64,000 bases of DNA, from NCBI GenBank assembly GCA_963788655.1, contig CAWBHS010000006.1:1-64000 (forward strand), read 5' to 3'. Made by a program: the position numbers and the translations under genes. The DNA comes from an uncultured Verrucomicrobiae bacterium (GTDB lineage Bacteria; Verrucomicrobiota; Verrucomicrobiia; Limisphaerales; JAFGQR01). The first letter of the stretch is position 1; each line of letters begins with the position of its first letter. Below the pieces are notes generated by a model that saw only the letters and a list, made by a program, of their open reading frames with translations, did no database searches and was not told the DNA's origin. This document shows positions 20,529-30,276 of the stretch, in pieces.

Positions 20529-21596
20529 TCACGCCGCGAGCGCGTTGATGGAATGGGGAGCCAGACTGTCGTGCTTGGCAACTTTCGTCCGCAATTTCTT
20601 GAGCGCTTCGTTTTGGATCTGGCGGATGCGTTCGCGGGTCACCCCATAAATCTCACCAATTTCTTCCAACGTGCGCGGGGTGTCGTCCTCCAAGCCAAAG
20701 CGCATGCTCAGGATGGTCCGTTCGCGGGGGCTGAGCGTGGCGAAGACTTCCTGTACCATCTCCTGGTCACTTTCTTTGACAAGCTGGTCGAAGGGCGCCT
20801 CGGCCCGGGTGTCGGCCACTACCTCGGAGAAATGATCCGAATCGTCGTCCATGCCCAAAGGCGCCTCGAGCGACACCGGGGTCTTGGCGGCCTCACGATA
20901 CTGCCGCACCCGCCGGGCATCGAGGCCCAATTCGTCGGCAATCTCAGCATCGGTGGGCTCGCGGTCCAGTGACTCGTGCAGCTTCATCTCGGCACGGTGA
21001 ATGTGCGCCACCGCATCCACCACGTGAATCGGCAGGCGAATGGTCTTCGACTGATTGGCCAAGGCCCGCCGGATGGATTGCTTGATCCACCACGACGCAT
21101 AGGTGGAAAGCTTGGCGCCTTTGGCCGGATCAAAACGTTCCACGCCTTTGATGAGCCCGATGTTGCCCTCGTTGATCAGGTCGAGCAACGGCAGCCCCAT
21201 ATTCTCGTACTCGTGGGCAATCTTCACCACCAGCCGCAAATTGGCCTCGATCATGTGGGCGCGCGCCTGCTCGTCGCCTTTCTTGATCCGCGCGGCGAGA
21301 GCGATTTCCTCTTGCGGGGTGAGCAGTTTTACCCGGCCAATCTCCCGCAGGTAAAGCTGGAGGTTTCCCCCGGACGAGGACGCCGAAGAAACCGGCTCCG
21401 CAGGCTTGCGCTCGGCGGAAACCGGTTCCGCCGGCCGGTTCCGAGACACTTCGTCAGCGGCGCGGTTCCCCAAACGGGGATGCCGCAATCGACGCGTTGG
21501 CCGGGCCGGTGCGGTCGTCGGCACGACGCTTCTCACCTTGGCGCGGCGGCCTTTGTTTCGTTTTTTCAAATCCATACGAAATTTGTTTTCCATCAT
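20529..21596 (-). CDS. RNA polymerase sigma70 factor, RpoD/SigA-like group 2
   Basis: LYLREIG, ANLRLVVKIA, DLINEGNIGL, STYASWWIKQ, TRERIRQI; no region 1.1. Confidence 0.95.
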   Translation of the reverse strand: MMENKFRMDLKKRNKGRRAKVRSVVPTTAPARPTRRLRHPRLGNRAADEVSRNRPAEPVSAERKPAEPVSSASSSGGNLQLYLREIGRVKLLTPQEEIALAARIKKGDEQARAHMIEANLRLVVKIAHEYENMGLPLLDLINEGNIGLIKGVERFDPAKGAKLSTYASWWIKQSIRRALANQSKTIRLPIHVVDAVAHIHRAEMKLHESLDREPTDAEIADELGLDARRVRQYREAAKTPVSLEAPLGMDDDSDHFSEVVADTRAEAPFDQLVKESDQEMVQEVFATLSPRERTILSMRFGLEDDTPRTLEEIGEIYGVTRERIRQIQNEALKKLRTKVAKHDSLAPHSINALAA

Positions 21597-21638
21597 ATCA
21601 TGTAACTCTCTTGGTTACGTATTGTTGCTCGAACAATT

Positions 21639-22097
21639 CTAAATTCTCGGTCGGGCGCCAGCCCGATGGCTTGGCACGGTTGCGGCCCGGATATTATCCA
21701 ACACGATAGCCATGGTCGTTTTTTCCAGGTCGCGTTCCAACGCGTCCTGTGCGGAGGCAAAAACCTTTTCCAACGTCACCCGAATCCCCTTGCCCACCGG
21801 GCAGGCCATGCTGGGCTTGCGCCGGGGCAGGGCAAACGGCTCAACGTCTTCCACCGCCCGATACACGTCGGCCAGATTGATCGCTTTGGCTGGCCGGCGT
21901 AACTTCGAGCCGAAACCAGCCCCTTTGCGCGTCTCCACCAACTCGGCTTCCTGCAACGCCAGCAACAACCGCCGGATGATCACCGGGTTGGTGTTCACGC
22001 TCGCGGCCAAAAACTCGGAGGACACGCCGTCACCGTCTTTGTAAGCAAGCACGGCCAAGACATGTACCGCCATGGCAAAGCGACTGTTTGCGCCCAT
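21639..22097 (-). CDS. Rrf2 family transcriptional regulator
   Basis: SRFAMAVHVL, SVNTNPVIIRR, INLADVYRAVE; only one Cys, so no Fe-S triad. Confidence 0.92.
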   Translation of the reverse strand: MGANSRFAMAVHVLAVLAYKDGDGVSSEFLAASVNTNPVIIRRLLLALQEAELVETRKGAGFGSKLRRPAKAINLADVYRAVEDVEPFALPRRKPSMACPVGKGIRVTLEKVFASAQDALERDLEKTTMAIVLDNIRAATVPSHRAGARPRI

Positions 22098-22443
22098 ACG
22101 GTGTATCTGTAATCCGCCAGGTTACATAAGTCAAACGGACGGGCAAATTGAGCTTCCGAAATGTGCTGCGGACGTCCCTGCGGCAGACAAGGATGAGGTG
22201 GTGAGGTCAAAGCCGCGGGGAATTTTTGTTAGCCAATTCCACGTGAGGGACTTGGGGCAGGCAGTTGCCGGGCCAGGAAATGTTCAATCGCGGGGGCGAG
22301 TAGATCGCGACGCACCAACCAGCAATCCGTACTAATTCGGAGTGGAAAGATCGAGACTCGACTGCTGGCCATCCAGCGAAAGAAGCGGCGTGTCTGGCGC
22401 ACTCGCAGGTCTGGCGGAATTCGTAACCATTCTTCCGTTCAAT

Positions 22444-22620
22444 TTGCCGGCGGGACGCCGACAGCACGTCGGCAGCGTGCTGCCGGCATCTTGCCGGCAG
22501 TTTGGAACGGAACGATCGAGTTTCGCCCCCCGAACATAATCACATGCATCGTGCAACCGATTCTGCCGGCGGGACGCCGACAGCACGTTGGCAGTGTGCT
22601 GCCGGCATCTAGCCGGCAGA
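22444..22620. repeat. Tandem/inverted GTGCTGCCGGCATC..GCCGGCAG palindrome array
   Basis: The unit tgccggcgggacgccgacagcacgt.ggcag.gtgctgccggcatct.gccggcag occurs twice; degenerate copy near 22163. Confidence 0.85.
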
Positions 22621-22726
22621 AACGAACGACCCCGCACGCTCCCTGAAATCTCCTCCCCTGCTCACCCTTCACCGCCTCAACCGTTCAACCTCCTTCATTG
22701 CAATAAAACGCCTACTGTGTTCGTCT

Positions 22727-24259
22727 ATGGAGCGTATGACTCAATCCCGAGTAATTCAATGCGTTTGGCAGCGCTATTCCTACGTTGAAATCAGCCGCAG
22801 TTTCTTGGTTCTCTGGTGCGCGATGCTTGTTGTCACTTCCGCCGAACTCTCGATACTCGCCGCCGACCTGCCTTCCAATCGCACCGGTGTTTTCAATATC
22901 CGTGATTACGGCGCCGTGGGCGATGGCGCTACGATGGAAACGTCGGCCATCCAGCAGGCGATTGACGCTTGTGCGACGACGGGAGGCGGGCAAGTGCGGT
23001 TCCCCCCGGGCCGGTATCGGTCTGGAACCATTCAGTTCAAAAGTCATGTCACGCTCTATTTCGACGCGGGCGCCACGCTGATCGGCACCACGAACCTGAA
23101 CGAATACCGGCATCCCAATCCGCCGCCGTTCATGCCCGAAGCCAAGTGGGGCAAATGGCATCGGGCGCTGATCATGGCTGACGGTGTGGAGGACATCGGT
23201 ATCGCCGGCGAAGGAGTGATTGACGGCAACAAAGTGTTCGATCCAAAGGGAGAAGAACGAATGCGAGGGCCGCACGCCTTTGTGTTCAGCAATTGCCGCA
23301 ACGTTACCGTGCGCGACGTGTCGTTCCTCGACGCGGCCAATTACGCCATCTTTTTCATGGTCAGCAGCCAGGTGGAGGTGCGCAACGTCAAGTTCACCGG
23401 CGGCTGGGACGGGGTGCATTTCCGGGGCGCACCGAATCATCCTTGCCGCGATGTGAACATCATCGGCTGCCAGTTCTACACCGGCGATGACTCGATCGCG
23501 GGACGCTACTGGATCAACACCCTGATCTCCGATTGCGTGATCAACTCGTCCTGCAACGGCATCCGGCTCATCGGACCGGCGGAACACCTGATCATTCACG
23601 ACTGTCTGTTCTACGGTCCCGGCGTTCGACCGCACCGCTCGTCCAAACGGCATAACATGCTCGCCGGAATCAACCTCCAGCCCGGAGCCTGGGACGCCAC
23701 GCAAGGTCTCCTGGACGACGTGCGGATTTCCGACGTCAGCATGCACAACGTCTCCACGCCGTTTCACATATCGTTGAAGCCGGGCAACACCGCCGGAAGC
23801 ATTCTCGTGGACCGCGTGTCAGCCAATGGCGTGTATCGCGCCGCCGCTTCAGTGGAAAGCTGGGCGGAAACGCCCTTCACCAACGTCGTCTTTCGCGATG
23901 TGACGATTGCCTACACGGGCGGGGGCGCGCGGGAACAGGCCCGCCAAAGCGTGAAGTCGCCCGGCGTGGATGCCCGTCCCCTGCCCGCCTGGGGTTTCTA
24001 CGCACGCCACGTCGAGAACCTCGAGTTCGACAATGTCCGGCTGCGTTTTGAGAAAGAAGATCTGCGTCCGGTGTTTCTGGCCGACGGCGTGGACCAGTTG
24101 ACGTTCGAAGAGGTTCGTTTTCCCCGGGTTGCCGGCGTGGAAAAACCGCTGGTGTTGACGAACGTGAAACAAGTTGAATTTCGGGGAATGGATGTCCCGC
24201 CAGTGAGCCGGAGTGATCAATCGCCGACCTCCGGCACCTCCGGAGACCTCAACCGATGA
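22727..24259 (+). CDS. GH28-like right-handed beta-helix polysaccharide-degrading enzyme
   Basis: FNIRDYGAVGDG, AIQQAIDAC, LKS-like FKSHVTL, GDDSIA. Start uncertain. Confidence 0.8.
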   Translation: MERMTQSRVIQCVWQRYSYVEISRSFLVLWCAMLVVTSAELSILAADLPSNRTGVFNIRDYGAVGDGATMETSAIQQAIDACATTGGGQVRFPPGRYRSGTIQFKSHVTLYFDAGATLIGTTNLNEYRHPNPPPFMPEAKWGKWHRALIMADGVEDIGIAGEGVIDGNKVFDPKGEERMRGPHAFVFSNCRNVTVRDVSFLDAANYAIFFMVSSQVEVRNVKFTGGWDGVHFRGAPNHPCRDVNIIGCQFYTGDDSIAGRYWINTLISDCVINSSCNGIRLIGPAEHLIIHDCLFYGPGVRPHRSSKRHNMLAGINLQPGAWDATQGLLDDVRISDVSMHNVSTPFHISLKPGNTAGSILVDRVSANGVYRAAASVESWAETPFTNVVFRDVTIAYTGGGAREQARQSVKSPGVDARPLPAWGFYARHVENLEFDNVRLRFEKEDLRPVFLADGVDQLTFEEVRFPRVAGVEKPLVLTNVKQVEFRGMDVPPVSRSDQSPTSGTSGDLNR

Positions 24260-24311
24260 GTGGCTCAACGTCATCCATGTTTTCCAGCGTTGCAGGTTGC
24301 GGGACGGTTCC

Positions 24312-24488
24312 TTCCCCCTCACCCCGGCCCTCTCCCGCAGGGAGAGGGAGCACCATTCGTCGCGTACCTTCGATGGTGAAGCTTTTGGAATACTCGTCAC
24401 GCGACACCTGCAAACATGGCACTGCACCAATTGAGCTTACCACCGGCTCTTCCCTCTCCCTGAGGGAGAGGGTCAGGGTGAGGGGGAA
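24312..24488. repeat. Inverted pair of CCCTCACCC..GGGAGAGGG palindromes
   Basis: Same family as 17345-17520. Confidence 0.85.
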
Positions 24489-24611
24489 CAAACCGCCCTA
24501 CCGACTGACTCATCTCGAATATTTCCCGAACGGTCGAGCTCGACGAGTCCTCCGACAAAGCCGGCAGTTTTCAAATACTGTTTTGAGTATTCACCACACT
24601 CCAAGTCAATT

Positions 24612-26330
24612 ATGAAACCCCAATCCGAACGCACTATATCACGACGCCTCTTCCTGCGCTCCACCGCCACCGCAGCCGCCGGCGTGTTGTCCGCCCCGTG
24701 GCTGGCAGCCGCGGCGGACGCAAGCCAACGCCAGAAAATCGAAGCGGCGCTGCCGGCCAAAGCGTTTGCGCCGCCGCGCAAGCCACGCCGACTGCTGATC
24801 TTTGAGCTCAATGTCAATTACGGTGGACACGCCTCCATCCCGACTGCCAACGAAGCGTTCACCCTCATGGGCCGGAGGACGGGCGCGTTTGAAACGGTCA
24901 TCAGCCGTGATCCCGCGGTGTTCAAGCCAGAGAGTCTGCGGCAGTTTGATGCCGTCTTCCTGAACAACAACGTCGGCGATCTGTTCACCGATCCGGCGCT
25001 GCGGGAAAGCCTGGTCGAATTTGTCTATGGCGGCGGCGGACTGATGGGTGTCCATGGCACGTCGGTGGCCTTTACGAAATGGCCCGGGGCGATTGAAGAC
25101 TGGCCGGAGTTTGGCCGCATGTTGGGCGCGCGCGGAGCAAACCATCGCGATAGCACCGAACCGATCTTCATCAAGCTGGATGACCCAGACCATCCGATTA
25201 ATCAACCATTTGGCGGCCAAGGTTTCGCTTATCGCGATGAGTTTTTTCGTTTCCAGCAGGTGTATTCGCGCGACAAGCTCCGCGTGCTCCTGAGCATCGA
25301 CACACAGAAGACCGATTTCCAGGGTCAACCGCGCGGCAATTGCGTTCGCGCCGACAACGACTACGCGCTGGCCTGGGTGCGAAACTACGGCCGCGGGCGA
25401 GTCTTCTACTGCACCATCGCGCACAATCCGTATGTCTTCTGGGATCCGAAAATGTTGCAGTTCTATCTCGCGGCAACGCAGTTTGCGTTGGGCGATTTGG
25501 CGGCACCGACGTTGCCGAGCGGCAAACTGACACCGGCCTTGCGCGCCCAGGAAAAACTCGGATGGCGCCTGGGGATCGAGGCCTACACCTTCCACAAATA
25601 CACTCTGTTCGAAGCCATCGACAAAACGGCACAACTGGGCCTGCCGTTCATGGGCGGCTTGAGTTTTCAGAAGGTCAGCAAGGAAATCCCCAAGGACTTC
25701 GATCCCCAATTGACCGATGCCGAACTCAAGCAAATCCGTTTGAAACTGGACGACGCCGGCGTGCGCCTGCTGACCTACTACTATCAACAAATCCCGGGCG
25801 ACGAAGCCGGTTGCCGGAAGGTATTCGAGTTCGGGCGCAAGATCGGCATCGAGACGTTCATGTCGGAACCGCTGCCGAAGGATTTGGAGGTCATCGAAAA
25901 GTTCTGCGATGAATACGATCTCAACGTGGCCCTGCACAACCACGATCAAAAGGCCTCGCCGCAATACTGGCATCCGGAGGGCATTTTGAAAGCCTGTCAG
26001 GGACGCAGCAAACGGCTCGGTGCCTGTGCCGACATCGGCTATTGGCTGCGCTCCGGTATCGATCCGGTCGTCGCCGTCAACCAACTTAAAGATCGCCTCA
26101 TCACGGTGCAGATGCACGACCTGCATGAGATAAGTCCGGAAGGCCACGATGTGCCCTGGGGCACCGGCGCCAGCAAGAGCGCGCAGTTCATCTCGGAAGT
26201 CCATCGACTGGGAATTCACCCGACGATGTGGGGGCTTGAATATTCCTACAACTGGTTCGACTCGATGCCGGAAATCGCCCGGACGATTACCTTCTTCAAC
26301 CAACAGTGTTTGCAATTGGCCAAATTATGA
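24612..26330 (+). CDS. Tat-exported ThuA-domain / sugar phosphate isomerase-epimerase TIM-barrel fusion
   Basis: SRRLFL; ThuA motifs GRGRVFYCTIAH; TIM-barrel motifs LHNH, DIGYW, HD, LEY. Confidence 0.85.
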   Translation: MKPQSERTISRRLFLRSTATAAAGVLSAPWLAAAADASQRQKIEAALPAKAFAPPRKPRRLLIFELNVNYGGHASIPTANEAFTLMGRRTGAFETVISRDPAVFKPESLRQFDAVFLNNNVGDLFTDPALRESLVEFVYGGGGLMGVHGTSVAFTKWPGAIEDWPEFGRMLGARGANHRDSTEPIFIKLDDPDHPINQPFGGQGFAYRDEFFRFQQVYSRDKLRVLLSIDTQKTDFQGQPRGNCVRADNDYALAWVRNYGRGRVFYCTIAHNPYVFWDPKMLQFYLAATQFALGDLAAPTLPSGKLTPALRAQEKLGWRLGIEAYTFHKYTLFEAIDKTAQLGLPFMGGLSFQKVSKEIPKDFDPQLTDAELKQIRLKLDDAGVRLLTYYYQQIPGDEAGCRKVFEFGRKIGIETFMSEPLPKDLEVIEKFCDEYDLNVALHNHDQKASPQYWHPEGILKACQGRSKRLGACADIGYWLRSGIDPVVAVNQLKDRLITVQMHDLHEISPEGHDVPWGTGASKSAQFISEVHRLGIHPTMWGLEYSYNWFDSMPEIARTITFFNQQCLQLAKL

Positions 26331-27799
26331 GCAACGACAACCATATTCAGTCTGGAACCGATAAACTGACGCCGCCCGCCAAACTGACCCGGCGGTCATT
26401 CCTGGCCAAGGCCGGCGCTCTTCCCATCGCAAGCGCCACGCTCAGCATTCTCCCTGGCGCCCTCTGGAGCGCACCCGTCAAACCCAACGACCGAATCAAC
26501 GCTGGCCTGATTGGTATCGGCGCAATGGGCAGCGGACACCTGGGCCGTCTCGCGGGCGATCCGGGCGTGAACTTGCTCGCGGTCTGCGAAGTCGATCCTG
26601 TACGCCGGAACCGGGCCAAAGACCGGGTCGAAGCGATCTGCGCCCAACGAAAGAGCAGCGGCACGTATCGAGGTTGCATCGCCTACCATGATTATCGCGA
26701 GGTGCTGGCGCGGCCGGACATCGACGCGGTGCTTATTGCCACGCCGGACCACTGGCATACGCTCCAATCCATTCACGCGGTCCAAGCCGGCAAGGACGTT
26801 TATTGCGAGAAACCCATTTCGTTGACCATCGAGCAAGGTCGGCAGTTGGTGCAAACCATCCGTCGTTTTGGTCGCGTGTTCCAGACCGGAACCCAATACC
26901 GATCCATTCCGACGATCCGGGAGGTTTGTCATTTTGTCCGTGGGGGCGGGTTGGGTCAGGTGAAGTCCGTGTTCACCTTGTGGCAAAATCTGAGTCCCTG
27001 GCTGGACTCCCCACGTTGCCAGCCTTACGCCCAAGCCATGGACCTGGCGAAAAGCCGGCTGTCGTATGCGCCGTTGAATTTCCAACTACCGGCCGAACCG
27101 GTGCCCGAGGGGCTGGATTGGAATCTGTGGGTCGGACCGGCGCCTTGGCATCCTTACAACTCACTCTTTCACACCAACCCCTCGCCCGGCGTTGTGCCGT
27201 GGTCATTCTGCGAGGACTTCGGCGCGGCGTCCGTCACGTGGTTCCATTCGCACGCCGCCGACGTAATCCAGTATGCCTTGGGCGTGGAGGAGAGCGGGCC
27301 GGTGGAATTCATTCATCCGAGCAGCGGCGAATTTCCCACGCTGACTTGCAAGTATTCCAACGGCACGCAACTCCACCTGGTCGAGCATTGGGGCCAGGTG
27401 AAGGACCTCTACAAAGCCGTGCCGTCCGACGCTCGGTTGGCCGGCAATTTCGGGGGCATCTTCGTCGGCGAACGCGGCTGGGTGACCTCGATGTCGGTGG
27501 GCGGCCCGATTGAAGGGGGTCCGGAAGAAATCTTCACGGCCATGAAACTGCGCACCCGCGAGGTGAACATCGGCGCGAACAACCATCATGCGAACTGGTT
27601 CCAGTGCATTCGCTCGCGCGGCAAGCCCAGTTGCCACGAGGAACTGGGGCACCGCTCGGCGTCATTGGGCCACTTGACCATCATCGCCTTCAAACTCGGG
27701 CGCTCGTTGAAATGGAATCCGATGACCGAAACGTTCGTCGGCGATGACGAGGCCAATCGCCTGCTGTCGCGCGCCCTTCGCGAACCGTGGCAGGCGTGA
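26327..27799 (+). CDS. Tat-exported Gfo/Idh/MocA oxidoreductase
   Basis: TRRSFL, GLIGIG, ATPDHWH, YCEKP; ATGA overlap. Confidence 0.92.
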   Translation: MSNDNHIQSGTDKLTPPAKLTRRSFLAKAGALPIASATLSILPGALWSAPVKPNDRINAGLIGIGAMGSGHLGRLAGDPGVNLLAVCEVDPVRRNRAKDRVEAICAQRKSSGTYRGCIAYHDYREVLARPDIDAVLIATPDHWHTLQSIHAVQAGKDVYCEKPISLTIEQGRQLVQTIRRFGRVFQTGTQYRSIPTIREVCHFVRGGGLGQVKSVFTLWQNLSPWLDSPRCQPYAQAMDLAKSRLSYAPLNFQLPAEPVPEGLDWNLWVGPAPWHPYNSLFHTNPSPGVVPWSFCEDFGAASVTWFHSHAADVIQYALGVEESGPVEFIHPSSGEFPTLTCKYSNGTQLHLVEHWGQVKDLYKAVPSDARLAGNFGGIFVGERGWVTSMSVGGPIEGGPEEIFTAMKLRTREVNIGANNHHANWFQCIRSRGKPSCHEELGHRSASLGHLTIIAFKLGRSLKWNPMTETFVGDDEANRLLSRALREPWQA

Positions 27800-27817
27800 A
27801 AATAATATCCCCGGAGC

Positions 27818-28132
27818 TTACCCTGGTTCGATAACCTTCAATCCCGGCACAATCCCAAAGTGGCGCTGATTGAAGGTCACCACTTCACTGCCCCGCTCCA
27901 ATGCCGTGGCGGCGACAATGACGTCATAGGCCCTAATCATAGTTCCCGCGGCTTCCAGTGCAGCCCAAATTCGGGCATGCTCACGAGCAGTCTGTTCGGT
28001 ATAGGGAATGATGGGCAACGGCGCCATTACCACCTGCAAATATTGCAAGCGCCGGGTTTTGTTTACGCCGGTAGCCCGTTCCACTCCGTGCCAAAGTTCG
28101 GCCACCGTGATGGCGGTCACTTCAAACAACTC
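27818..28132 (-). pseudogene. PIN-domain (VapC) toxin lacking its N-terminus
   Basis: AITVAELWHG, YDVIVAATAL, VTFNQRHF. The first acidic motif and partner antitoxin are missing at the cassette junction. Confidence 0.8.
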
Positions 28133-28147
28133 GTTAGATGAAAGTAA

Positions 28148-28176
28148 TTGCAGCGCAAAGGGTGATTGAGTAGCTT
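28148..28176 (+). promoter_or_regulatory. Cassette-internal sigma70 promoter (probably leaderless transcript)
   Basis: TTGCAG-N17-TAGCTT, 6 nt before ATG 28183. Confidence 0.55.
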
Positions 28177-28182
28177 CTCAGC

Positions 28183-28407
28183 ATGATGGACGTTGCCACA
28201 ATTGAACGAGAGGCGCTTTCCTTGACGGTCGCCGAACGGGCACTACTTGCCGACCGGCTGCTCCGAACGTTGGACCTGGAAGACGCTGAGCGTATGGAGC
28301 GGTGGGGGCGGGAGGCAGATCGGCGCCTGCAAGCGTTTGAGCGAGGGGAGATGACTGCGAACAATGGACCGGAAGCAGTTGCCGCGATCCGGCGTCGGAT
28401 AGAATGA
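28183..28407 (+). CDS. Addiction module antitoxin (TIGR02574-like)
   Basis: ALSLTVAERALLADRLLRTLD...WGREADRR pattern; upstream of a ParE-like gene. Confidence 0.85.
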   Translation: MMDVATIEREALSLTVAERALLADRLLRTLDLEDAERMERWGREADRRLQAFERGEMTANNGPEAVAAIRRRIE

Positions 28408-28707
28408 ATTACCGCCTGCTTGCTGTGTGTTGCGGAAGCCGAGTTGGCTGAGGCTGCAAGCTGGTACGAAGACCAAGCAGACGGTCTGGGGCAGGAGTTC
28501 ATGGACGAATTTGAGGGGGTGATGGACTGGATCATGCGTTTCCCGGAAACATGGAAGCGTATCGGCGAACGACACCGTCGCTGCCTGTTCCGCAAATTTC
28601 CGTATGCCGTGCTTTACTCGCTGACTGACACCGAGATTGTCGTCGCTGGGGTGATTGATCTTCGCCGCGATCCTCAGCACATGGAGCAAAGGCAAGAGAC
28701 AACATGA
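28404..28707 (+). CDS. RelE/ParE family toxin (frameshift in TG repeat near 28425)
   Basis: AEAELAEAASWYE, LGQEF, KFPYAVLY, LRRDP. The coupled ATG at 28404 is out of frame with the body. Confidence 0.85.
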
Positions 28708-28708
28708 G

Positions 28709-28834
28709 AGCGAACCAATCGGTTCACCGAACAGCCGCCCTGCGCCGTGAGTTCAAGCGGGCTGGGAGATTTGTCCGTCGGATTGGCTGCCGACGGGCGT
28801 TGCCGGGCGTCTGTCGGTGACCTTGCCGTTCGCC
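28709..28834 (+). mobile_element. attC recombination site
   Basis: R'' AGCGAAC, 5-nt spacer, L'' GGTTCACC (one extra base versus L' GGTGACC), second unpaired A in the stem, R' GTTCGCC. Confidence 0.85.
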
Positions 28835-28852
28835 ACAAGCACCTGCACCCTT

Positions 28853-29080
28853 ATGAATGGGCCTACACCAAACGAGGAAACACTGCTCTCCAAAGCGTGC
28901 CGAATCATGATGAGCTTCAAACCATGCACCGTCGTGTTCAGGGACGGCACGCAGTTGAAGTGTGAGAGGATCATCAAGACTGGCGTCACAATCGTCGGTG
29001 ATACAATTGGCTCAGTTACCGTTGTCGTTGGCGGCCGCAGTGAGGAGTTCACGGCTAAGAGCCTGTTTGAAACCTTGTAG
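28853..29080 (+). CDS. Hypothetical cassette protein, 3' end replaced by a MITE
   Basis: ATG 18 nt after R'; last codons SLFETL* come from the MITE end. Confidence 0.55.
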   Translation: MNGPTPNEETLLSKACRIMMSFKPCTVVFRDGTQLKCERIIKTGVTIVGDTIGSVTVVVGGRSEEFTAKSLFETL

Positions 29081-29188
29081 CAGCCGACGTGAGGAGGCTC
29101 ATTCTTGTCGGATGCCTCACAGTTGTCCAAAAAATGAGCCTCCTTACGTCGGCGGCTACAAATCGATTGGAATTTTAACACAGGCTCT
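29058..29188. mobile_element. MITE-like element with AGAGCCTGT/ACAGGCTCT termini enclosing a REP pair
   Basis: 9-bp perfect terminal inverted repeats; internal gtagcagccgacgtgaggaggctc / gagcctccttacgtcggcggctac. Confidence 0.7.
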
Positions 29189-29261
29189 ACGCGAAAACGA
29201 GATTTTCGCCAAAGTCGCATATTGATTGTCATTGGCCCATTTCACCTGCCATATTACCGGC

Positions 29262-29837
29262 ATGAACGCGTGGATAGCTGATTACCTCAAAGCGCAAAAA
29301 GCCGCCCTGGATTCCATCCCGGTAGCGGACGTGGCCCAGTTGATCGAAAAGCTGCGGCAGGCGCTGAAGGAGGATCGCCAGATTTTTGTGATGGGCAACG
29401 GAGGCAGCGCCGCCAATGCCTCGCATTTCGCCACCGACTTGGGCAAGGGTTCTTCAGACAAGCTTGGAGTGCGCTTCCGGGTGCTCTCCCTCAACGACAA
29501 CGTAAGTTGGATGACTGCGCTGGGAAATGATTATGCCTACGAGGATATTTATGTGCGCCAGTTGATGAACTACGGCAAGTCCGGCGACCTGGTGCTGGTG
29601 TTGAGCGTCAGCGGCAATTCGCCCAACGTAGTGCGCGCCGTAGAGTGGGCCAAGGCACACGGCCTGAACACCATTGCGCTCGTCGGAAGCAAACGGGGCA
29701 AGCTCGCGGAAGTCGCTAGCGACGTGCTTGTAATCAACTCGACCCATTACGGCCGGGTGGAAGACGCCCAGATGGGCATTTGCCACCTCCTCTGCTACGC
29801 ATTCATGGAGAATCCGTCCCTGGGCGAGTTCAAGTAA
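29262..29837 (+). CDS. gmhA: SIS-domain phosphoheptose isomerase (GmhA-like)
   Basis: GNGGSAANASH, ALGNDYAY, SVSGNSPNV, EDAQ. Confidence 0.8.
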   Translation: MNAWIADYLKAQKAALDSIPVADVAQLIEKLRQALKEDRQIFVMGNGGSAANASHFATDLGKGSSDKLGVRFRVLSLNDNVSWMTALGNDYAYEDIYVRQLMNYGKSGDLVLVLSVSGNSPNVVRAVEWAKAHGLNTIALVGSKRGKLAEVASDVLVINSTHYGRVEDAQMGICHLLCYAFMENPSLGEFK

Positions 29838-30276
29838 CGCCTGCTCTCACCGCTCGGCAGCCTTTGGGCTAGAATTCACTGGACCGCCCCTTCAACGATG
29901 GGGGTTAACTCCGGTCGTGGCTGATCGATTGGAGCAGGCAGAGGAACTTAGTGCGCGTGAGGGCGGTTGGAACGATGTAAGACGGGGTATCTGGTGGCCG
30001 CGGTTTGTTTCCACAACTTTGCTTGCGGTTCGCCCGCGTTCGGTCCATGCGGGGTAGCGCTGAACTGTCATGGCTCCGTCGGCTGTGCCCGTCCAAATTG
30101 CAGCTCGCAGAACGCGGCATACAAGCGCGGCGCGCATACGAATGGTCGTGCGTGCCAAAACCAGCCACCATGCCTGCTTCCCAGAACACGATGCGGGTGG
30201 CACGGCGGGCGGCGGACAAGCGACGGACAACGATGAAGGTCGTGCGCTACGGCATGAGCGCCTCCAACGCTTCCTA

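Larger units (their letters stand above)
28133..29080 (+). mobile_element. Integron gene-cassette cluster 1 (TA cassette plus a truncated second cassette)
   Basis: Core site GTTAGAT at 28133; attC at 28709-28834; ORFs start shortly after each GTT. Confidence 0.8.

Noticed and set aside
22444..22620. Possible CRISPR array
   Set aside because: Only two units, built from inverted palindromes, without regular unique spacers or cas genes; REP-like.
29850..30270. Unassigned 400-bp gap as an ncRNA or small CDS
   Set aside because: No tRNA, tmRNA, RNase P or SRP hallmarks; the overlapping ORFs look non-coding.
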